DNA of 56,038 nucleotides, filler included, from Ionaspis alba (Eukaryota), in assembly GCA_964255285.1 (NCBI GenBank). It is 3 parts of 3 records of this genome, joined end to end, with 100 filler letters (N's around TTAATTAATTAA, not from the genome) between each part and the next. Parts side by side here need not be neighbours in the genome. Positions count along the whole stretch, not along the records: positions 1 to 18,714 come from CAXUUL010000284.1; positions 18,815 to 37,468 come from CAXUUL010000286.1; 1 more part is not named here. The stretch is one strand, 5' to 3'. The translations under genes and the position numbers were made by a program. Shown here in pieces: positions 12,194 to 20,915 of the stretch. The notes below the pieces were generated by a model. It was not told the origin of the DNA, made no database searches, and was given only the letters and a program-made list of their open reading frames with translations. Positions within the stretch are counted from its first letter, which is position 1; each line of letters begins with the position of its first letter.

Positions 12194-13533
12194 TCAAATA
12201 CCATTCATCCCATGCGGAGCTCTGTTATCCACGGGAGCACGATTATTCATCGGCACACGGTTATCCATCTGCACACGATTGTCTACCGGAATATGATTCG
12301 GCATCATCCCTCCATCATGACGGCCCGTTCCCCGTTCCAAGTCATCATTCCTCTTCAATCCCTCGTCCCCAGCATACCCTTGCACACCGAGACCGACACC
12401 GAAAGCCTTGGCCGGGCTTCTCGGTCCCCAACTCCATCCTGCACCCTGTCTGATCGGAGCATGATACCATCTGAAAGCACCCCAGCCAAGCAAGAACCCC
12501 ATGGTCGATCCGAAGAGGATGTCGAATCCGCGGTGGCGAAAGTCAGAATATCGCGAGGAAGAGATGTAGATCGCGGCACCGATCGGGATAAAGACTAAGA
12601 CGAGGAGGAAGGTGGGAGGAGCAGCTGCTTGGGAACGGAGGACTTTGCTCTCGGACAAGGGACCGTCAGAAATTGCTGGAGCCTTGGAGTCGGAGCTGGA
12701 TGTCTCGTGTTGGTGCATGCGCGATCGTGATGGGAATGCGGTCGAGGAGTAGGAGCCTGGAATCAGGTAGGGGAGTGTGATGGCGAATTTTGAGCAGAGA
12801 AAGAGAGTTAGATAGGTCAGTCCTGCCCAAGAGACTGAGCCATTTTGTCAGCATTGCGTAAGATGGAGCTTGAGAGCAGGGGACTCACAGGATGAATGTC
12901 CACTTGGGAAGGCGGCAAATCCATCGTTGAGAATAGCCTGATCCTTTTGCTGACAGATTTGCCATGTTACGAGAATGCCTTCTTGGACGGTATTGACGAA
13001 GCCCCCAACAGTGTACTTCGCAATGTTTGCGAGATCTGGTTCGCAACGGCTCAAGAGGTCAGGTCGCGGCTTGCCGTAGAGATTCTTCATGCCATCCGTA
13101 ATCAAGAACGCAGAAGCCAGCGCCAATGCAAGACCCATCCATCCTGTATTCAATTCCCAGAGCTTGCGGCGCCAGATCAAAGACTTGGGAATCTCTTTCG
13201 AGACTGTGGGTCCCGGAACAAAGATCGCGCAAACGATGAAAATGATGACAGCTGGAGCGACAAGTCCGACGAGGACAAGAGTTCCAGTGGAGATGGTCTC
13301 CTTCGTGGTGAAAGGGAATGAGATTTCCGGATCATAGAGGAAGAATGGACGATGATTTGGTTTGATGAGCGCGAAGAGCCCGCCGACAATCGCGATCAGG
13401 CTGGAGCCGAGTTAGCGATGTCAATGGGTGAGTTATTGGAGACATGCATGATGACAATCCAGTCGAGGATGTAAGAGAAGATGAGGCGCTTCGAGATAGT
13501 CGCACGACCACCTGAACGGAGGTCTGACTGCAT
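12194..13533 (-). CDS. PAP2-family lipid phosphate phosphatase (Dpp1/Lpp1-like), 3 exons (13533-13448, 13400-12889, 12834-12194)
   Basis: All three PAP2 catalytic motifs (KNLYGKPRP, FPSGH, SRYSDFRHRGFD), several TM segments, N-terminal SYILDW. Intron 1 needs a GC donor (GCATGT at 13447) to keep the frame. Confidence 0.9.
12216..12287 (-). repeat. 18-bp coding tandem repeat x4 in the PAP2 C-terminal tail
   Basis: Encodes VDNRVQ/MDNRVP/MNNRAP/VDNRAP. Confidence 0.8.
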
Positions 13534-14323
13534 GATCGCAACCTTTCAAATGATTGAACGACAGCTATCACAATGAATTCAGGTAAGCGCAGGACAGTAG
13601 ATAGTCGTGACAGATATATGGATCACTGATGGTTGGAATTAACTGCAAGAGTTGAGGTTGTGGATAATGATTCAAATAAATCCTGAGGGAGGAGTTGTGT
13701 TTGGAAGGTGAAATGACGACGTCAAGGGGCTTGGCTAGTCGCTCACACCAATTCGCCCCAACAGGCGAAGCATTTCGGCATTTCAAGCATTTGCAGTGGC
13801 GCCAATCTAAAGTCGGCATTGGCTGCGAAGGAGAATTTCCACGGCCACGTAAGCTTGGCAAGCAGGGCAATGAGTGACGAGGTAATAATAGACACATTTT
13901 CGGGCCAATGGGATACTCTACATTACCTATCGAATATAAGAGTCGTTTACAATATTTGTTCCTTATGTTCCTTCGTCCTGTTCGCGCGGTTCTAGAGCAG
14001 GGCTTGGAATCACGGCACAGTATTTCTCCCCTACAAGGTTCCAAAGGCTCAGTTATACTGCAATCCCTCCAGATGATCCGACTTTCTCTGTGTTTTTGAC
14101 TCGAGATCTGGTGATGGCGCGGTGGTTGCTGGTGCACTCAGAATTGTATGTCATAGACCTAAACGTTCTTTAAACCAGTTTCTTCGACGCAACCTTGCTC
14201 GCACATCAAGGACTTATGCAACATATTACATGAACTCGTTACACAGCTGGTCCGCTGCACGTCAGACATGTCCAGCATAAGGGACTACCTCACACAACAT
14301 ATTCCAACCGAAACTAAGTGTAC

Positions 14324-14929
14324 CTAATCCACATACACCCCATGCTTCTTGTGCCACTCCTCAATACTATAGCTTCCAAAGTCTTCATGTACCTCTTTCG
14401 CCCCCTCCGGCCACCTCACCCATTTCGGCTTCGAGTCACCCTTGACACAGACCATCTCTTCCGGCGGCGGCAACTCTGTGTCGATGGCGGACGCGAAAGG
14501 ATGAATTAGTTCTGGCCAGTGGTGATCCCAAAGCCACAGCATGGTCGAGCATTTCGAGCAGAAGGATCGCTGGGATTCGCATTGTTCTTCTTTGGGAGTG
14601 CCGCGATCTTTGACGCCCTGATACTTCCTATAGATTATAGTCAGGGCTAGAGTGCGAAGGTAATTGAACCATCAATGGATACTTGATCATGTCTTTTCCC
14701 TTGGTGATCTTCAGGCTATCTGCTATGCCACCAAGATTGACAGAGCCACTGTACCCACCTACCTTCCGGCAGATGCTGCACGCGCAGAGTTGGTATGGAA
14801 CGGGCGTGTGAGATTGTAAAGTAAACTCGACGCTGCCGCATTGACAGCTTCCATCAAGCTTCCTGTGATGGGTGTTAGTTGTTCATTGAATCTGAGGAGC
14901 TGGTATCCTCTAACGGCTCACATGGGCAT
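14324..14929 (-). CDS. GFA/CENP-V (Mss4-like) zinc-binding protein, 3 exons (14929-14922, 14862-14683, 14627-14324)
   Basis: Spliced product MPMKLDGSCQCGSVEF...LCACSICRK...RSFCSKCSTMLW has the GSCxCG, CxCxxCRK and RxFCxxC signature. Introns are canonical GT-AG. Confidence 0.88.
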
Positions 14930-15222
14930 GTTGCTGGGATGAGATGAACGAAGATGTAAGCAATATCTTCAGAAGAATGGCCGATAGGCTTCACGGTCCG
15001 ACAAAAGAATTCAATATCACAAACAATATTGAAGCTACTCCGACGCCCCGCAAGGACGCCCAGGCGTCATCCACCAAATAAGCATTTTAGGGCACTCGGC
15101 TGCCGAACTCCCCGGGAAACCTCCGTTAATCCATGCGTGCAGTATGACGGAACACTCCATTGATGATGAAGTTGTACGTTTTGCAATATTGGGGCCCACT
15201 TCGATAGTCATTTTCAGAGACA

Positions 15223-15857
15223 ATGAGCTTCGGTGGACCTGGTGGTCGTCAGATCTCTGTCAAGCCCACCCCGTATGCTATTTACTCTCATCATTCAGTT
15301 CTGGTCTTGCAGCAGCTGACTTTCCACTTCAAAGACCGGAAAGAGGCTCGTTCCCTCTTGACCACGATGGTGCGTTCCCAGCCTCTTTGCCCGATACCTC
15401 CTTCAACATATCCGTAAAGAGAAGCTCATCTTCCCGGACGTAAGGAAGATTGCTGATGTATTGTGGTTATTGCAGGCGAGTGTAAACCCATCGTCGCCGA
15501 CTACCTACGCTGCGTGCGCCGCATGAAAGGAACCAACGACAATGAGTGCCGAATGATAGCGAAAGAATATCTGAGATGCCGGATGGAGCAGTATGCCTCC
15601 TTCAAAACACTTCTCGAGCACTAGGACTTCTCCCCGCTCGAAGCTCTCGAGCATAAAAAGCTCGAAAACGTCGAAAGCTACAAATATTGTTCTAGAATTC
15701 GAAACTGATATTGTGTTTTCGTGACAGTAACTTAATGGCGCCGGACGAGTTCAAAAACCTGGGCTTCGCAGATGGAGACAAGGTGGAGGCAATTCCAGGA
15801 CATGCTGGAGGTGCGACGAGGAGGAGTGTCAGGGATGATGGGAAGAAGATCTCATGA
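15223..15857 (+). CDS. COX19: Cytochrome c oxidase assembly protein Cox19, 4 exons (15223-15272, 15335-15369, 15476-15590, 15728-15857)
   Basis: PTPPERGSFPLDHDGECK...YLRC...ECRMIAKEYLRCRMEHNLMAPDEFKNLGF: twin CX9C plus the Cox19 signature. Confidence 0.95.
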
Positions 15858-16353
15858 GGGCGAATGAAGGCGTTGGATAGCTGAGGGAGAGGGCTGGAGA
15901 AAAAAGGTCCTGGCAGAACGTGGAGATGAAGGCATGAACTTCGATATCACGAAAGCATGTGTGGCTCATATGCAAAGGCTATCACACACACGACAACCTC
16001 TGATTGTTACTGTCTTCACGTGTCGTTGGAATAACCCAGAAATATTGGAGCTTCATCTAGGAGGTCGACTCGACGACTGATGGGTGTTGGCAATGAAATA
16101 TGGGTCTGGCTCAAGTATAGTGGACATACGGTAAAGAGTCCGAGTTCATGAGCAACTGCAGATGATAATGACTACCATGCTGTACGACATGTCCTCTACA
16201 AAACCCCCATGCTTTCCCCGAGAGCTGCCAATATGCACCCAAGTCGTCTACAAAGCAACTGCCCAAGTCCTCGAGAAGAAAAGAAATTCCTTGCAAAGGC
16301 CACTACTATCCACCTTGCCCGCGGAATTGAGAGCTCCTCCTTCTAGTACCAAG

Positions 16354-16548
16354 ATGACAATCGAAAAGCAGACGTCGACTGCCTGCAACCGACACTCCAA
16401 ATCCGGCATTGACGGCCAAATGTACGACTCGAGAGTCCGACCCGAGAATTACTGGAAATGCCATCAGTGTAGGTTCGTCAACCTGTACTACACGTCCAGA
16501 TGCAGCCGCTGCAGTCATGGTTATTGTGTGTTATGTCCTAGAGCGTAG
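16354..16548 (+). CDS. Small Cys-rich RanBP2-type/double zinc-ribbon protein, copy 1 (about 64 aa)
   Basis: WKCHQCRFVNLYYTSRCSRCSHGYCVLC = W-x-C-x2-C-x3-N-x6-C-x2-C-x-H-x2-C-x2-C. Start codon uncertain (the frame is open from 16162). Confidence 0.6.
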   Translation: MTIEKQTSTACNRHSKSGIDGQMYDSRVRPENYWKCHQCRFVNLYYTSRCSRCSHGYCVLCPRA

Positions 16549-16905
16549 GCGGAGGGCTTCGAAGGGACAAGATATCGCATCTTCGAAAACAGAAGCTCGC
16601 TAGCCGAGCTTTAGGAACGAGGATGACTGTTTTGTTGCCAAGTTTGTGTTTCTGGGAGATGAGCCTGTTAGAGCTGTGCATGCGAGCTGTGAAGAGGTAA
16701 AGATTAGGTTGTGCTGAAATGAAGAGTATGCATGACTCAATCTGAACACAATTGATGTGTTGAAACGCGTGAATGATTGCCAATTTGTGCAAACGTAGCG
16801 TCTATAAAACACTACAATCTCTGTGATATTTTGTCCTTTCAATTCGCAAAACTCCGCGAGATACAACGTTATCATTCTCAAGACAACTCCAGAATTCTTT
16901 GCTGA

Positions 16906-17145
16906 ATGGACAGCCAGAACAGCAAGGAAACCACCTTGCATGAAAAGTCCAACATGAATGCGGCTTGTCAGACAGAAGCTTCTTGCCAGCAAAACTCGTG
17001 GTCGTCTCCAAAGAGTCTAAATCATAACTATCGACTTCTGACCAGTCAGTGGATATGTCATGAATGTCGAGCACATAATGACTATGTCGCAAGCCCTTGC
17101 AAAGCCTGTACCCACTGTTGGTGTCTCTTTTGCATTCGCAAATAG
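16906..17145 (+). CDS. Small Cys-rich RanBP2-type/double zinc-ribbon protein, copy 2 (79 aa)
   Basis: WICHECRAHNDYVASPCKACTHCWCLFC has the same ligand spacing as copy 1. TATAAA at 16803. Confidence 0.65.
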   Translation: MDSQNSKETTLHEKSNMNAACQTEASCQQNSWSSPKSLNHNYRLLTSQWICHECRAHNDYVASPCKACTHCWCLFCIRK

Positions 17146-17503
17146 AAATCTTACGGGCAGTGCGAGGTCCAGAAGAAATGGCATACATAGAAGTCTTGAG
17201 ATATGCAGTGGCAGGTACATTTCCCACGAGGGGACTGGGGATGCGTCCTTAGCATTGTCTTACCTTGAAGGTAATCAGGGAGATAGGAAAAGGCCAACTA
17301 GGAAACTTCTAGTTGACAGACAACTTTGATAGAGGAAAGGCACATCGAAGCAACGCCTGAGACAATTCAGCTTCCTCATTACCTCTTGTGTCCTCCTGCT
17401 TCGAACAGTGTTGATATGCTTTCCTCTCCCTTTGAGACTTCTGCATCACCTGACACATCCTCAATCTAGCAAAGCTGAGCACCACATAAATAAACACATA
17501 ACC

Positions 17504-17721
17504 ATGCATACCTACCGATATATCTATCGCCGCGGTTATCAAAGCCACCACCACCACCTCTATGTCAGACGTCGCCTCTTCTTCAAACGCCGACGGCACA
17601 TCAGCCTTTGCGATGGACAGCTCTGCTGGCACTGTCATTGCTGTAGTACCTTCTATACGTGGGCAGACCCTATTGCTGCAAACCTCTAGCTTGCGATCCA
17701 CGCTGCTTTATGTGGAGTGTG
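17504..17721 (+). pseudogene. Degenerate zinc-ribbon copy 3
   Basis: CWHCHCCSTFYTW at 17624 keeps W-x-C-H-x-C. The distal Cys-rich half (CCKPLAC..., CGV*) falls in shifted frames. Confidence 0.4.
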
Positions 17722-18228
17722 ACCGGGGAAATTAGTGAAACCAGTTATGGCACGTCGAATGGAGCTGAGCATGAAGCAGAAGATTAGTATTGATATCGGA
17801 AGAAGGCTACCCTCGTGCCTAGATGGCTTTCTCCCAATGCCTGTAAAGTGTCGTCATTCCTCGTAGGCACTTCGAAGTAGGCTCAGGGCGATGATCTGGT
17901 GTAGGGAGAACATTCGATCTTCGTCTCGACAGAGTATGAATGACGTCGTCAGGGGGTCATTTCAGATCACGAATACTAAATCTTCTGTTGTCTCTCATGT
18001 GAATATACAATCATTCTGATACAGAAACACAGTGGAGAAATAGGTGGCTCTGACTATAAAATTATGGCCATCCACATGTGAGCCTGGAGGCTCCATCCCC
18101 CCAAGATTGACTAGCCCACAACCAGGAGTAGCAAGGATTTAGGGGATGGTTGGAATAGCTCGGCTAATATTGCACATGGCCACGCGTGGGCGGCCGCCGC
18201 GCATAGATTTTCTGAGAAAGTAAACACC

Positions 18229-18425
18229 ATGATATCGGAACAATCAACATTCGGCGAAAGCACAGTATCAAACCACGCAAAACATGTGCACATGTGAAAG
18301 TAAGGACAAAATGACACTGCCAGAACATGAGAGACGTGAACCGACCCTTGATCACATCGTGTACCAAAGTCGGCAACAAACCAAACACATCGGTGACCGG
18401 ACCTGTTGCAAGTTGTGTTTGAGGT
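18229..18425 (+). pseudogene. Degenerate zinc-ribbon copy 4
   Basis: At 18312 a frame reads *HCQNMRDVNRPLITSCTK (TGA in place of Trp). After a frameshift it reads CCKLCLR, like the CVLCPR/CLFCIR ends of copies 1-2. TATAAA at about 18055. Confidence 0.3.
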
Positions 18426-18714
18426 GGCTGAAGCCATGAGAAGTGACATCATCCCGATGCAAAGGATTGAGCACAACTGTTGTTTGTGCCTTTATTATTC
18501 GAGCCTCACCAAGTCGGTCTTTTGTCGTCGGCAATAACATCCCATGAAGGTGCCTGAAAAAAAAAAGGGAGAAAAAGAAAGTGGTGTTCCCATGATTGTG
18601 CAACCGGGTCAATATTTACAACGGGCGTGCTCCAAACCCGGTCCACCTAAGATCTCTGTAATTCAGGGGACTAAGAGGTGGGCGTGCTGAATATCTTGTC
18701 AGGTGTATCATTCA

Positions 18715-18814
18715 NNNNNNNNNNNNNNNNNNNNNNNNNNNNNNNNNNNNNNNNNNNNTTAATTAATTAANNNNNNNNNNNNNNNNNNNNNNNNNNNNNN
18801 NNNNNNNNNNNNNN
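18715..18814. other. Artificial contig-joining spacer (44 N + TTAATTAATTAA + 44 N)
   Basis: Exactly 100 nt, with a palindromic 12-mer giving stops in all six frames. Identical to the second spacer. Confidence 0.97.
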
Positions 18815-20237
18815 TGAAGAGAATGTCAGAATGAGCGAGATTATCGAATTTCGATACTCGGAAATTCGCGGCGAGCCAAGCAAACTGTTGTGTTACTTCG
18901 ACCAGTTGCTCCATGGAGCCTGAGACATGAACAACGGTAGTGCTAGTATTCTTTTCCTTCTGCTCACCATTCAGCTCGATGGAGATACTTAACCCTAGTC
19001 TCCTAGGTGTCGCTAGCAAGAAAATTCAGTAACTGGTGGAATAATATTTATTCGAATAAATACCAGCTTTGCTATGTCTGATAGCTGCCTCTAGCGCTGC
19101 CAGCGTTGTTACGCTGGTCTGCGGCCAATGCTCCTTCATGTATTCTCCACACATTGTTGCATATGCTTGTGATTCAGTCCCAGTGACAGTGAGCAAAGAG
19201 GTAAATTCCCAATCGTCATCCAACTCTTGCTCGCAGCATTGCGGAAGTTCCCATGCGACATGCAGAACGGTGTAATGCGGGCCGAGATGTTTAGTCCTAC
19301 TTACCATTTCTTTCTCGATATACTGGAGGACATTAGGAGATACCAAGAGATACATTTTTTGTCTCATCGACGCGAAAGCCCTGCTCTTTTTAATGTTTGT
19401 CATCTCAGTCGTCCAATTCTCATCCTTATACTCGTTGTCTCCATCCTCTCCGTTCAAGGTTTTGTTGCTATGGTCAGCAATTGTGCGTTGAACCAATTGC
19501 TCTGACCGCTCCAACAGGTTACGATGTGTAAAACTGGTGTCTCCACCTATTCGAGAAGAAACCACGCTATCTGGTCGTCTTTGGCGGAGCTGCATCACCT
19601 GCGGATGACCTTCCACTTCCAAGTTCTCCGCCTGCTCTGCGACATCGCTATCTTTTGTGGTAAGAACTTCTCGAATGCCAATTGCAAGCTGTTTTGCATG
19701 AGATCTAACGAGCCGGGGAATGCAAGCGTCTAAGTTTAGATCCTCTTCATCCAAAAGCTGAGTAGAAAGTGCGCTAATCAAGGGCACAAAACACCGCTCC
19801 AGCCTGCCAGCGTCGAAACTATCGGTCCTTGAAGCCGCCGTGTATGACGGCCGAAGCACTCCATCGTCAGCAAATAACAACGGCTACTTTCTAACGACAG
19901 CTAGGAAAGAGCAAGAAGAACTTGTTTTCTCAAACTTCGGTTTCGGAGAACCAGTGATAGAATCGTCCTGCAGATTATCCGAAATGAACCGAGACGTAAC
20001 AGTAACTGGATGAGGTCTCGATTTCTGTTTGACTGATGATGACCCTGGGATTTACTGTGGAGCTTGTTGACGTTTTGCAAAATCTGCCTGCCTGTCTGCT
20101 TCATATGGGAGAGACTGGTGTGATTCGCAATAAGAACATCTTATATGCTGACATATCACGCACCTTGGTTCCAAAACTATTATTTTCGGACCAAAATGGC
20201 ATTTACACCACCAACAATATTGATAATCTGTTGGCAT
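18815..20237 (-). pseudogene. Large uncharacterised fungal protein (N-terminal zinc ribbon plus conserved blocks seen in Pfs-associated fungal proteins), two in-frame stops, truncated by the gap
   Basis: ORFs 20237-20052 and 19880-19026 share one frame, separated only by TAA (20054-20052) and TAG (19886-19884). Blocks LFADDGVLRPSY, WELPQC..LLTVTG..AYATMCGEYMKEHWP and, after intron 19063-19013, GSMEQLVEVTQQFAWLAANFR. Confidence 0.6.
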
Positions 20238-20695
20238 TGAGGCGCGACCAAGGTCAGCGGAAACTCCACTTGCTGCTTGCTCAGTGATGAGCGGACTCGT
20301 TTGAGGCGTTGGACAGAAACAGTGGTCCGTGTGTTCATGACTCTTGGGGTTCCCCTCCCTAGATTATGGGGAACACAGGGATTTGAGGACCACCTCCTTC
20401 AGTAATTCCCCACGACGAGATGCGTGTGTGCCAGCTGGCTTGTCCACGCTCCGTCGATTTTATGAAGATGACGGGTCCTTGTCACGGTAATAGCATCTCT
20501 TGTGTCTCACCTCCTCATCGACGTCCGAGATAGCAAGCGTACCAAGTGGTTGACCACGTTCAATTTGTATCGGAATTGGCGATGATTTGCTGGCGAGGAG
20601 AATCATCGGAGAGTGCCAGCGATAGATCCGAGTAGATTGTTAAAACAAGATTCAACTTGCGAGAAAAGATGCTAGGAACAAGGAGGTCTGCGAGC

Positions 20696-20715
20696 ATATA
20701 TATATATATATATAT
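20696..20715. repeat. (AT)10 microsatellite
   Basis: Read directly. Confidence 0.9.
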
Positions 20716-20915
20716 TCTGTTCAGCCTAATGTGCTAGTGTGCATAATTCTGGCATGCATCACAGCCGCTCAAATTGCCCCTCTTCGGGCAGCGTACGGAA
20801 CGAGGATGGACGCCCTCAGTGTTAGTCTTCGGAAATTCTCATACGCTTATAGATAGAGCATCGGTACTAAGTCGTGACAAATTATACTGGATTGGCTAAG
20901 AATTTGGAAGGGGTA

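Noticed and set aside
18759..18770. Palindromic TTAATTAATTAA flanked by Ns (also 37513-37524), resembling a TTAA target site or repeat
   Set aside because: Identical 100-nt construct at both places with stops in six frames: an assembly linker, not biology.
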